Below are positions 11,880 to 25,344 of a stretch of 64,000 bases of DNA, piece by piece. Positions within the stretch are counted from its first letter, which is position 1; every line of letters begins with the position of its first letter. Source of the DNA: Octopus vulgaris (taxonomy: Eukaryota); NCBI GenBank assembly GCA_951406725.2, contig OX597825.1:40114001-40178000 (forward strand), written 5' to 3'. The notes under the pieces were generated by a model, which did not search any database, was not told the DNA's origin, and saw nothing but the letters and a program-made list of their open reading frames with translations. The translations under genes were made by a program, and so were the position numbers.

Positions 11880-12230
11880 GGATAAGTTTTGTCATTTAAA
11901 ATACTCCAAATCACCTTCCCCACAGATTCTGATGTGTCAGATTACGTTTGGAGTTTTACTCCCTCCTTCATTCATATTTCTAACACATATATTATATTGT
12001 TCTCGCTATTGAGTGTGATGTGCTATTACTTGAGGTCAGTGGACATTGTTGCAATGTTAGTTCTAGTTGTATCTACAACGGATGCGGCTTCCCATGTTGC
12101 AGCTGACACAGAGCTAGGTTGCTGCTGATGCACGCTGTTGCTGTTGCTGTTATGATGTTGGCAGTGATGAAGGTATTTTCAGCAGTTTCAGTCTGTTATT
12201 GCTAGAGGAAGCTGTCACTAAGATGACCGT
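11880..12230. repeat. Old dispersed repeat (possibly a LINE ORF1 relic), related to 36960-37320
   Basis: Shared blocks such as tgctattac(t/a)tgaggtcagtg and tgttgctgttatgat(g/a)tt(g/a)gcagtgatgaa occur at both loci. Confidence 0.55.
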
Positions 12231-12819
12231 TCTGTTCCCAAATTTGTAGTGACCAAGCCTTCTAGGCTCGTAAGAATTTCTGCCTTCCCGGGATCTCTTT
12301 GTGATCAGGTATGAAGCCAAGTGATCAGGTATGAAGCCCAGGCGTCAACTTTACTGGGATATCCAACCCCATTAAAACCAATTTATTTTGGAAATATTAT
12401 AGATCAAACAGTGTGGCATGATTCTCCAACATATCGCTTATCACATGCGAAATCTCGTTTTCGTTCAGTTTCCATTTTCTGCACTGATCCATATCTGTTT
12501 GAAATACATTTCTTTTTGTCTTAGGTCCATATGTGTAGGCCAAGCAGACGACCGATTCTACAGCAGGCTCTCCGAATGAAGTTTCAGTTTTATTCATATC
12601 CAATTCGTACAGTTTCCTATACATTCAGATGTTAGAGGATACCCGTGTGAAGCCATAATAACAGAGTCTGATAATGAACAATTTACTTGAAAATAGCTGA
12701 GGAAATTAATTTTAGCTGTAATTATTAGCTATTGAGATGTCAGAAATTATTCGCACTTTCATCATTGTCACACTGCCTTCTGCCCTTGTGTGCTTATAGT
12801 TTGCGCTATCATAGACAGG

Positions 12820-13238
12820 TGATCGAAGTCTGAGCCTGATCGCGACATATTTCTTTGTGGCTTAACAGTGTAAGTATGGCCGCTCCACTAGCAATGTGCT
12901 CTAAAGAAGAACAAAAAGCAGTGATCCGGGAGATGGTAATGGTGAACTGATTCACCATTACCATCTCTCGAGCTTGTTGAATCTTCTCGTCAGTGGTAGA
13001 GGCCGCTTGCCCGGTCATTTTTAAACTTTTCGGTCCACTCATACAAAGTTCTACGCGATAGTGCACTGTCACCGTAGTGCTAAAATCCTCAGTTGAATTA
13101 CAGCATTTGATATACCTTTCGATCAGAGCAATAGGATCACTTCTCTTTGTTCTTTGGTGCACAATAATTGTTGTGCGGCCATGCTTACACTGACAAGCCA
13201 GAAAGAAAAATGGCGCGATCAGGCTCAAACTTCGATCG
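12820..13238. mobile_element. Fold-back element made of two inverted mariner 5' fragments
   Basis: 12821-12927 and 13134-13237 are ~105 bp imperfect inverted repeats encoding the mariner N-terminus (MAAPLAMCSKEEQKAVIR). The minus arm continues HYGDSALSRRTLYEWTEKFKN..TTDEKIQQAREMVMVN. Perfect 17 bp hairpin at 12930-12967. Confidence 0.75.
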
Positions 13239-13269
13239 TATGTATGCATGCGTGTGTATGTGTGTGTGT

Positions 13270-13319
<50 letters not shown>

Positions 13320-13349
13320 TAACACACACACCGAACGTGAAATAACATA

Positions 13350-13580
13350 CTTATGATCAAATATTCGTGCCGCAACTTAGCTCACGCTCTCAATCAAATT
13401 GATGTTGTCTGAAGAGATGTACTATGTAGCATGCGTCAGATGTCGAAGTGATCGAAGAGCAACGTGTGAGGAAGTGTTTTGCTTGAGAGCACAGCGCACT
13501 ACTCGATCTAGGAATTGAAATAGCTAACACTCGCTAATTCGTGTGTGCAAAACCCTAACCACCAAGCCATGCGTCCTCAC
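13350..13580 (-). mobile_element. tRNA-derived SINE, degenerate
   Basis: Minus strand begins gtgaggacgcatggcttggtggttaggg (A-box-like), followed by tgtgctctcaagcaaaacactt..cacgttgctc, similar to the SINE at 26284. Confidence 0.55.
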
Positions 13581-13849
13581 ATGTCTGAATATATACATAT
13601 ATGCATAATTATATATGTGTATATATATATTTATGTGTGTGTGTGTATGTGTGTGTGTGTATGTGTGTGTGTGTATGTGTGAGTGTGTGTGTGTGTATAC
13701 ACGCATAATGTGAAGATATATACAAGGACTTGCCTCTCATTTCAAATATCCGTCTCGGGATACTTCCAGGAAAACTGTTTAGCCCTAAACCCCATCCATG
13801 CTGACGTAACTGTTACATTGGAGAGTGATACTCCAGTTTTTATCAGAAA

Positions 13850-14681
13850 TGCAAAATTAGGCAGCGGAATTTAGGAGGAGAAAGGAAAGACATGAATATT
13901 ACCCATGGTCTCGACGTCCTGTAACTACCACCACCGAGGAAAAAATTTTCGTGTTCACTACGTAATGATGCATGACAGGCGAATGACTATAAATCAAATA
14001 GGCAATGCTATCAACATATGCCGTGTGAGAGTTGGGCATATTCTGCAAAACGAACTTGGCATGACGAATCTTTCTGCTAGGTGTGTGCCGTGCCTTTTGA
14101 TACCAGATCAAAACATGCCTCCTCACGTGCTCCAAAGAAGGTGAATGTCGTTTCATCTTCATGGAAGGTGATGGACCCAGTTTTAGCGGGATTGGGATAC
14201 AAAAGGAATTGTGTTTATTGACTATAATGGAGAGTACTATGCCAACTTTCTGCGGCAGTTTCAAAACAGTATCTAAGTCAAACACCCAAGGAAACGGACA
14301 AAAGTGATCTCGTTTGATCAGGGCAATATTTGAACACAAAACCTTGCTTTGGAGTTGTTACTGTGCGTGCCTATGTCTTTGAACTTGTTGATCACCATAC
14401 CTCTTCACCTGATTTGGCTCCATCTGACTATCATCTGTTACCCAGTATGAGAAACCACTAGGCTGGAGGCAGTATCATAGTGATGATGACGTCCTATCTG
14501 CTGTTGGTCCCTTTCTTTTTTTTTTACCAATAGGATGAAAGCGTCAGCAATAGAATCGAAGAACTGCAGCAGTAGCAAATTGTGTGAACCGCAAAGGGGA
14601 CTATGTTGAGAAATAATCCTCATTTGTTTACATTCCATGAGAGTATTCTTCGCCGGCCTATGAACTCTCCAGCCGGCCTCG
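13850..14681 (+). mobile_element. Degenerate mariner transposon (internally deleted)
   Basis: Peptide remnants MMHDRRMTINQIGNAINI..HILQNELGMTNLSARCVPCLL and SPDLAPSDYHLLPSMR; mariner-like right end ..ccagccggcctcg. Confidence 0.75.
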
Positions 14682-14699
14682 TGCACGTTTGAACTGTCT

Positions 14700-15800
14700 G
14701 GCAAGACTACAATGCAAATTGTCATTGCAGTACTTTTCAGGCTCTTCGGTAGCAGTGGTGGTGTTGTGCCATGAGCACCAATTCCTACTGGGGTAATTGT
14801 TGACTATATTTTTTTTTATCTCTTTATCCCTCTGGTTATAACTTGATATTTCTCCATTTCTTTGGTTTCCTGCTACTATTTAGTGTTGAAAATCTGTGAT
14901 CTTAAACTTATAATCATATAATCCTATCGTGTTTCTTTCAATAATATGGTAAGGATTTTCCCTATGAGAGTCTCTCCTTCATTTTCATAACACTTCTCTG
15001 TTAACCAAATACACGGTTAACGAGTAAAAGGGCTCCCTTTTACTCGTTTTTTTACTCAGTCCAACCTGCACTTATATTTGTGTGCAAGCACGCTACATTC
15101 ACTCAAAAGTACATGATAACGTCTCCCTTTGTTTGTTTGCAATCTGACTTAGTTTTGTTGGTCTTTGCCGTTATCATGTTCGTCACAATGTCTTCCACCT
15201 AAGCGGCTACAATAAGGTTTCTTTTCGTATTCGGCCATAATCAGTATTTGCTTATAACGCCATTGGTTTCTTGCATCAATTGGCCCTGTATTTGTAATTC
15301 TTTCCATCTGCGAGCTCATTCTTCATTCTATTATTGAATCCACTTTGTTATATTATTGAATTTTCCTCCCGTTTTAATAGGAAAATATTATTTCTTCCAT
15401 AGTACAGCCTATATTTGCAAACTCAATATTGCACAACTGAATAATCTTCTGCGTTTATCAGTCATCAGCTTCCGTTCTTCCCCGCTAAGAAGAGTCTGTT
15501 GATATTAGGCCTTGGGGGTGCGCGTTGTGTATTGAGAGCAGCTTCCGAATTCTATATTATGTAGCTCTGCCTTTATCTCTTTTATAAAAGGAACATTGAA
15601 TCGTAATGTTGCTATATAACCTACGTATTCTGTTGTTTTGATAATATTCCTTTCATTTGATTTCATTTTGGTCACCTTCCTAATTGTCTCCCTGTGATCT
15701 TTGTAGATTATTCTTTCTCATCTTTCCCTCTATTATCTCCCGCCTTTCAGTAACACTAAGTACCTGTACTCCCCATTATTTCTCAGTGATCTACTGGTAT
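14700..15800 (-). mobile_element. Ancient R4/Dong-clade LINE remnant
   Basis: Minus-strand peptides EYRYLVLL (cf. YKYLGILE), IQGQLMQET, NLIVAA, EMEKYQVI and TPVGIGAHGTT occur in the expected order. Confidence 0.6.
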
Positions 15801-15944
15801 AATCTTGCAATAAATTTATGCATGGAGAGATCATCTTCCGAGCTTACTTCATAATGAAATTCACTCACTTATTAAACCCAAACTGCGTCGAAAATCTTTA
15901 ATAAATACACTTACTGGTTACTATTATTACTAACATCATCATGA

Positions 15945-16160
15945 CACCGAGCTAACAGAATAGTTAGCACACTGAAAAAAGGTGCTTAGCAACATTTCGT
16001 ACGTCTTCACAGTCTGAGTTCAAATACCGCAGAGGTAGAGTTTGCCTTTCATCCTTCATGCTTGACAAAGTAAGTGCGAGTTAAGCCCTGGGGTCAATAT
16101 ACTCGACTTACTCCCTCTTCCGAAATTTGAGACATTTTGCCTATAATAGAAAGGATTATC
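15945..16160 (+). mobile_element. tRNA-derived SINE (family B)
   Basis: B-box-like gagttcaaatacc, core tttgcctttcatcct..aagtaagt..ctggggtc, and an (ATC)n tail. Related copy at 58300-58505. Confidence 0.7.
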
Positions 16161-18567
16161 ATCATCATTGTCATCATCATCATCATCATCGTCGTCGTCG
16201 TCGTCATTATCATCGTCATCAATAGTAGTAGTAGTCGTTCAGTGAACATATACAATATATTTGTGGCATTCTCATAGAACATACAACTTTCATGTTATAA
16301 CCTAATGCAGGAAGCAAAGGAAAATTTATGCAAATATCAGCAAATATAGATAAACAAATGGGCGGTTTAATAACAGTAACAGCCTTTTAGTCTTTGGTGT
16401 TCTAAATATTATTTCATAGTGAAGTAAAACTTAATGAATTTTTCAGCGTTACACAAGAAAATTTCATAGAATAATGCTAAAATACGCAGGGAATTTAATA
16501 CTTAAAACATATTGAGGATAATATGATAAAAAATTTTAAATACTTTCTAATACCCTAGGCAATTGTTCACGCAATAAATATGAGGAATGAAAATAAAAGT
16601 ACTTTTAAATATTACCATTTACAATATAACGTTCTTTAACGATAATGATGAGAATGATAATAATAATAATCTTAAACATAGTAATAATCTATTTATAGTG
16701 ATATCATTAATAATATGTATCACTATTGTTGTTATGATGTTTATAATTATTATCACTACTGCCCCTGTTGTAGTAGTCGCAGTAGTCATGATCGTGGTGG
16801 ATGTAGGGGCAGTCGGGGTAGTGGTTGCAATGTTCATGGCGCTGTAGTTGGTGGAGGTAGTAAGAGTTTTATAGAATTCTTTCTTAACTTTACATATTAT
16901 TCTGGATAGTATTTACATGAAATTTTATAAATATGAAACATTTTCTTTCAAAGAAATAATTTTTCATTTAAAAATAAATCAGACATAAATGGAAATCTAG
17001 AAAATAGGAAAGATTTAAAACATAAGACAGATTAGGAAGAAATATCTATTTTGTAATCAAAATTACCGACAATTGAAGAGAATAAAGCTGATTCTGTTTT
17101 AGATTAAAAGACAAGCTTCCTCTTTTCTCTTATCACATTTTTGTTATCGATTTTCTGTTGCTGTCATTGTTGCTACATTTTTTTGTTATTTTGTAGATGC
17201 TATCTTATCTTGCCGGTTTCTCTTAGAATTTACATTGATGCATAGCCGCTATACACGTGTCTCTACGTACTAACGTTTTAGTTATCGAGGAAATAATTAC
17301 ATCTGTTGTTTCTCAGAACTCCTTTTTCTTTCTTTTTACCTCATTCTGAACTCCTTTACTATAATCACCAACATCATCATTACATGTGGCAGCATTATTG
17401 TCATGAATGTAATCATAAATATCATCTGTATCAACACCATTGTACCCATACTATAGCAACAATTTCATCAGTAATATTAGAATCAGCTTTATCATCGACT
17501 CTATCAAATAATTGCCTCTGAAACTGAGAACATTGTCCGCCCATCTAATATCGACCACTCATTTTCTGCACTACACTCTAAGATTTTTATTATTTTCTTC
17601 ACACAACGTTTCTAGCATCTCTAATTTAATTCACGGATTATATATAAAATGAAATAAACATGAGATGTTTCGTAAACGTATATAATCAGTAATGTGAATA
17701 AAATCAATATATTTAAATTTTATGTAATTCTTTCTCTTGTATTTATATAGATAATTAGTCAAATTTTCCTTGTAGTATCCAGCTGCTCAGCATAAGTGTT
17801 ATGCGTTTCAAATGTATACATACTTGTAAAAATAATGAAATAGCATCTATAATAATTATTGTGCTTTATATATTCGACATAACCCCTGCTCGGTAATTGT
17901 TGGTCTCGTATCAAAAATTTTAATCAGTATTTTTAAAGATGTAGATATATATGAGGATGTGTGAGCATATGTGTATATTTACATCTCCCACACATGTACA
18001 TTCAAACAAACATATATGCATACAAATATACATGCATACATGCATGCATAAATACATAAATACAATTTATTTTAAATCACCTACCGAAAATCTATAGGAA
18101 TACCACTAAGAAGATCAATACCACTAAGAAGATCAAGACCAAATCTTAAATATATTGAATCTTAAGTATAGCGGTCCAGAGTGAGCAATTTTAACCTAAA
18201 AATTCTAGAGTCAGCATGGAGGGCAACACCCGAATTTCTATGAGTGCATTCCAGTGAAATTTTTTTTGTTTTCAATACGAGAATATTGGAAAGACTTTTG
18301 CCGCGCTTTGTAATTTGTGAAATAAAAGATCTGGAAAATCACAGATGATGCGATAAATCTCAGTTTATAGCATTCGATTGTATTATGTAACATTTCTTTA
18401 TATAATCATAGAGAAAAAAATCTTCATGGAATCATCCTCATGAAGTTATACGATATCGGACTAGCAACCAGCGTGGGTGCACGTTTACCTATAACTGAGA
18501 GAAATATAAGTTATAGCTGGTGGTTTGGCATCTCTATTTCTTTCGTCAACATATTATTTGGATATCT

Positions 18568-18568
18568 A

Positions 18569-18667
<99 letters not shown>

Positions 18668-18687
18668 GCTTATATATCTATCTATCA

Positions 18688-18733
<46 letters not shown>

Positions 18734-18735
18734 AT
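18568..18735. repeat. (ATCT)n, (TA)n and (TG)n microsatellites
   Basis: Seen directly. Confidence 0.95.
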
Positions 18736-19224
18736 CAATCTTACTAACTATATTTCTTTGTATGAATGATAGATATACATATAGATATAGAATATGATAC
18801 ACATATATGCATACAGGTTCGTGGCGCTGTCGCAAGAAGATTGCTTTCAAAGAACTAGATTAAACGCTCAACAGCTCTGATTTACAACACACTAGGTCCC
18901 CAGACGACCCTGTTGATTTATTGACACCCAAAACTTCTACAACTAAATTTTATCAATCTCCTGACCACCATGTTTGGTCCATAACCTCTATACATCCCTT
19001 ATCTTTATATTTTTTTACATTTTTATCATGTTTATTCCTATTTTTATTTCTTTACTTTTTACTTTATTTCTATTTCTATTTTTACTTTATAACCTTATGC
19101 CTTTACATTCATTTATATTTCTTTATATTTCTTGTGTGTGTGTATAAATATATATTATATATATATATATGTATATATATATGTATGTATGTACGTATGT
19201 TTATAGATATATGTATGTATATGT

Positions 19225-19420
19225 TGGTGTGTCTGTGCTTCTCCCCCCACCGTCGCTTGGCAACTGATGTTAGTTGGTTTATGTCGCTGTACCCGAGCGG
19301 TTCGACAAAAGAGGTCGATAAAATGAGTACTAAACTTACAAAGAATACGTCCTGGGGTCGATTCGTTCGACTAAAAGCGGAGCACAAGCATGGCCACAGT
19401 CAAATGACTGAAACAATAAA
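19225..19420 (+). mobile_element. 3' half of SINE family C
   Basis: Matches 23615-23785 (cttacaaagaata..ggggtcgat..tcgactaaa.gcgg..gcatggcc.cagtcaaatgactgaaacaa). Confidence 0.75.
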
Positions 19421-19438
19421 AATATTACACACACATTC

Positions 19439-19509
<71 letters not shown>

Positions 19510-21980
19510 AAGTATGTATGTATATTAACGTCTACTTTCTTTTGCTCTCTCTCTTTATATATTTATACACACACATACACACACAATTATCTGGCTTCAA
19601 ATTTGTCGGTTTTGAAAGCGTATATTGTGAGGAAATTTGAGTGGCGCACAGCGTTGTTTGTTTCTAAAGAAAGAATGTTACTGAGGTCATAATCAGGTAA
19701 TTATTCGTTGATTCCTGTAGAAAGGTGAACGTGAAGAGATAAAAGAATTACTGGTCAGCCCCTGGCTACGACCGTGTATCAGAGACATTTGACAGCCGCA
19801 TAAAAAAGACAGGCAAAGGCTCTCAATCTCAATCAAAAGCATTCTTATGAAAGGTGAACATCGTGCCAGAATTCTTGTTTTAACCTTTTTGTAGCCAATT
19901 GCTGTGTGAGCAGCTATAATCTCAATTAACCAACGTGTGGTGACACTTTCTGGTTTCATGTATAATTTTACTGAATGATTCTGTCTTTTTTTACAAAATG
20001 TTGTCAAAGCGGGTGAAAAAGCAATATTACTTTGGGATCTTAGCAGTGGATTGGGTTCTCTTTAACTGCAGTTAAAAAGAGCTGAAAAATCTCAAATGGT
20101 GCAAAATGATATTTTGCTCCCTAAATTTTCGCAGCGGCTATTTCAATAGGTTGTATTTACAGGGCAATTTATAAATAGAACGGGAGGGAGAGAATAAGAA
20201 AAGGTAAGAAAGAAAGGAAAAGGTGAGAGCATTAGTGCATATGCATGTGTGTACAAGTGCCCATGTGTTAGATAAAACAATGTAAGAAACATACCAAACC
20301 CATACATTCCAACACACACACAGCAACACACACATACACATACACACGCACAAACATACACACAAACACACACAAACACACGCATCACACAAGAGGAGAA
20401 AGGTAAAGGGGAGTCAGTGAAAATGTCTGAAATGAATCAATGGTAATTAAAATTTGGTATGACCAAAATTAAACTGTAATCAATTAATATATAAGAAAAT
20501 ATGTGTCAATTCCGTCAACTGTGATACATGGTGAATCATATATTATTGAGGTTTTCGTAGCCATTTCAACCACAGTTTCAAAATGTTAATGAACAAAATT
20601 TCTTCATTTTTACGTCTTTGTGGTATTGTCTACACATTGATGAAGAGGGAAGCGTGGCAATTTGGGAGAGTTGGGTGTTGTGCATATGTCCAAATGTTCA
20701 CTAGTTGCGATTTCTGTACGGATCTCGTATTTTCAGTCGTCTTATTCATCAGGTCAGTTTGACTTGTCTAATCTAACATTCGGTACATTCATTGCAACAT
20801 ATGTCATACATTAATGTTGTCTTTATAGAACATGTAACTCTGTAGTTATTCTGGTAAATAGTCGTCGTTTGCATTTGATTACTTGTTCTGATTCGTGTGC
20901 GTTTTTTATTCGTGTGCTTTGGCTAATGAAGATAAGATTAAAATTTAAATTGTATTAATTATTTTCTTTCCCGTTATTTCAAGACGTTAGGTATTATAAT
21001 GCTAGATACTAGCATAATTATTGGATGGTATAGTGGTATGATCAAATGGATAATGCTGATTTTTCCCGTTTACATGTTATATAGATAATTTATATCCTTC
21101 GAGATACAGTGACAAAAAATAATTATTTTATGTTCTCACGGATGTTTATAAATTCTTATAACGTCAACATACACACATACGCAAACACACACACATATAT
21201 ATATATATGTGTGTGTGCATGCATAGTTGTGTGTGTCTAAGTGTGTGATACGTTGTCCGGCTCTGTCACATCCTAAGTTTTCACATTCACAGTTTTAACG
21301 ATAGGGATTATATTGCTGAAATTCTTAGAACGTACCAGTAAGTAATGCAATTCATATTTGCACTCCATTTTGTTTTATCTTCGCGTGTATGAGTGTGATT
21401 CATAAAGCAATGGAAATAAAATTGCATTATCTTCTTACTCATCCTCATACTTGCTCCAAACCAATATGAAAACAATATACACAGACTGACGTTATAAGAA
21501 TTTATATGTGAAAATATACTTGTGATAATAAATCAATGTTTATTTTATTACAATGATATAGATACATTATTCTGAGTCTTCAGTAGGCAAAGTCACCCAG
21601 GAAATCAGGATTACGGCAAACAAAACTTATAGTTAGGTCAATATTTTACACGTTTTTCTGCTTGTTGGAAGAAATTTCAAATATTTCGAAATAGTGCATT
21701 TATAATTACAATCACACAAGTTCTAGTACTATACACGAATACTGTCTATCAAGATTTTATTGATTAATTAACTTGTTTAGTCAGGGTAAAACTGTCGAAA
21801 CTATGAGGTACGGCAAAATGTGAGAGACATCTGCATATATATTCTTCATTCAGTTTTAGTATTCAAATCATATTATTGGTAATTAATAATTTGATTTTAT
21901 TAATAAATTAACCTACTGGAGATGTCACTAGTTCTAGACTTAGACACGTTGACTTCATATTAATATATAGGCGCGTGATT

Positions 21981-22200
<220 letters not shown>

Positions 22201-23409
22201 TAAATACCCGTGTATATACGTATACATACACACAGTGACACACAGACACACTGAGACGCATACACACACATTATATACATACCAGACAACTAATAAATAA
22301 TGATCTACACATACTTCTCTTTATTTCAGGAAATTTGAGTTAGAGCTGTTTCTTTGAGCCATTATAGTTTAGTCATTTATAAGTTTATTGAATCGCTCCA
22401 CGAACTATTTGAGAAAAATTGAACTACATAAAAATGTAATGCTACGTTCGTTAGAATAATATCTGGTAATAGCAAATCAGAACACTGAAGGAATGGTATC
22501 GACACAGTGGTGGTGGTGGTGGTGGTGGTGGTGGTGGCGGTGATGGTGGCTGCTGAAGATAAAGAGGAAATGTAGAGGAAAGCGATAATATTGAACAGGA
22601 GTAAATGTAGAAAAGGAAAGAAAGGATGAGGTGAAGTATTTGAAAAATAGAGGAATGGAGGCATTCTATAGCTTGTATAGAAGCAGAGATCTGCTGAAAC
22701 TAAGGAAATGCTTGTCATAAAATCATTTGTGTTTGTAGATGGGCAGTCACACACAAAATTGTTTCCTTTTTATACAGTATAGACACACTCAAATTTTATA
22801 TTCACCACACATAACTTGGTCGTTCGTACTATCACGCATAGTGGGGGATTCAAATATAAAACTAAAAAATTATAATTACATTAAATTAAAACTAAAGTAA
22901 ATTAAATGTTAAAAGAATAAAAAAACTTATATATCGATATACAAAAAAAAATAAGATATTAGACGATTAGCGGGAAATTTAAACATGCTATTAGCTCTAA
23001 ACCACTGGACACTATCAATGTATTGAAATGAATAATTATAGAGCATATATAAATGTTTTGTTAAATAATGTTTACAACTAAACCGCCATCACCTGTCGTT
23101 TATTTTGGATATTATTCTCCGACGTGAGTATTAACATCGACACTTTGACGTAAAGTTTACTACATCTTTCCCAGTGCCCAAATGGTCAATCTTCAGCAGT
23201 CTACCACCTTATCACAAAATAAATGATAAAGCCACGTTCACCAAATTCATTCCTATTTTATTGTTTCCAAATTTTTTTTTTTGAGACTAGCAGTTTACTA
23301 CGATTGCAGTCTATCAATTCATAGAGTGAAACTTGTAATGTTATACCATGAACACACCCAAAAGCATATCTGAAACAACTGTAAGCAAACTATAAATAAA
23401 TAAATACAT

Positions 23410-23581
23410 AGGCGCAGGAGTGGCTGTGTGGTAAGTAGCTTCCTAACCAACCACATGGTTCCGTGTTCAGTCCCACTGCGTGGCATCTTGGGCAAGTGTC
23501 TTCTGCTATAGCCCCGGGCCGACCAATGCCTTGTGAGTGGATTTGGTAGACGGAAACTGAAAGAAGCCTGTCGTATATATG

Positions 23582-23612
<31 letters not shown>

Positions 23613-23790
23613 TTGTGTGTCTGTGTTTGTTCCCCTAGCATTGCTTGACAACCGATGCTGGTGTGTTTACGTCCCCGATAGAATAAGTACAGGGCTTACA
23701 AAGAATAAGTACCGGGGTCGATATGCTCGACTAAAGGCGGTGCTCCAGCATGGCCGCAGTCAAATGACTGAAACAAGTAAAAGACAGAGA
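23410..23790 (+). mobile_element. Full-length tRNA-derived SINE (family C) with internal TA/TG microsatellite
   Basis: A-box-like TGGCTGTGTGG, B-box-like GTTCAGTCCC, body, and 3' end cagtcaaatgactgaaacaagtaaaag. Partial copies at 19225 and 29920. Confidence 0.8.
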
Positions 23791-25344
23791 AAGAGATATA
23801 TGCATATGCATATATGTAGCTATGTATACATATGTATGTGTGTTTATGTATGTATCTATGTATATGTTTGTATATATATATATATGTGTATATATATATT
23901 TATGTATGTATATATGTATGCATGTATACACACACATAATATAATATATATATATATACACTTACATATATACACACCCAAACATACAAACACGCATGCG
24001 CGCAAACACACACACACAGACACGCGCACACATACACACATATGTGTGATTATAAATGTATAAAAGGAATAGAACTGGCATGTCAGTAAAATGGTTGGAC
24101 GTGTCCATCTCCCTGTATTTAGAAAAATGTTAATTTTAATACGAATAGATATAAACTTTTTGGGCTACTGAGAAAAATAACGATTTACGAAAGGTTTGAA
24201 AATTAAAATTTCACGAATGATAAAGAAAAACATCACTTGAAATATATATACGTACGGGAAAATAAATTCTCTGGCTGATTTCTTTTTGTTAGACTACAAA
24301 TATATCAATCACACATCTCATAAAAGCCATTAGAAAATTAGAATTGTTTGTCATGTTTCAATATATATATTATTGTGAAACGATGGTAACAAATATTTTA
24401 TTTTACAAATGGTTATTTCGGCTTTGAAAACACTACAAACAACCGGTTTTGCTTTATCTGTATTTCCTGTTCTTTTTATGGGAGTATATATATTTAACGA
24501 GAAATAATATAACTCTAATAGAGAAAGAAATTATTTTCCTAAAACGAATATGAAATAAATATTAGTAATAATACTCAGAAAAATCCTATGCATGTGTTTT
24601 CGAAATAAACTAAAATATTCACGAGTCATTCGAATCGTTAATGCAATTAATAAGCTATATAATGTATGCGATGTAATGAATAAGTAGCTATAGAATACAG
24701 GAATGCCATTATCACATGGTGAGTAATTATTGAAGGAGCCAATAGTAATATTTATTAATAACAATTTTATATTACGGAAATTGAGAAGACGCATTTTAAG
24801 TATAGGTGATCAAGTACTCGAGAAGTAAAACAGAACTCCCTCACAAAGGAAACAATGAGAAAAGAAGAAATTACGCAACAAACAACTGAGAGGGGGACTA
24901 ACATCTAATGGCTAGATCTAATGGCGTGTTCAGTAATACATAAAACATAATTTCAAAGGCGTTGCCGTGGACAATGATCAGCGACACTCGGTGCAGCAAC
25001 CGCTCTACCTCCTTGGGCTGATATCACACGTGGGCAGGTGTTATCCTGATATCCAGGGGGAAATCAGCAGTGCAGAGTCAATCAGCGTAAGTTATGCATA
25101 TAACTTCATCTCGATGCATGCGTGTAAATATTGGACAGCAATGTTTAGCATAGTTTTCTTCGCAATTTATTATTTCTATGTCAGATCTTTTCCTGAAAGT
25201 CGTTTATTTTATGTTCGCCTTCCATTAATATTAGTATCTAAATTTGTAATGAAACATATTTTGATATATCAGGGAAAATAAAATAAATATATTCCGAAAT
25301 AATGCGACTATCTTCCTCCTTCTCCTCGACCTCCTCCTCCTCCT

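Noticed and set aside
12301-12340. Short exact tandem duplications (also about 18100-18137, 49948-49979, 61993-62030)
   Set aside because: Ordinary slippage or repair duplications with no shared motif.
15019-15054. Hairpin plus T-run resembling a bacterial intrinsic terminator
   Set aside because: Eukaryotic context inside a LINE relic with a 2 nt loop; kept only as an inverted repeat.
20700-20760. Minus-strand CTGATGA...GAAA
   Set aside because: Stems I, II and III cannot be formed convincingly; at best a decayed HHR.
23158-23203. Minus-strand CTGAAGA..cca/tgg..GAAA
   Set aside because: Stem II is only 3 bp, with no valid stem III/cleavage triplet plus stem I.
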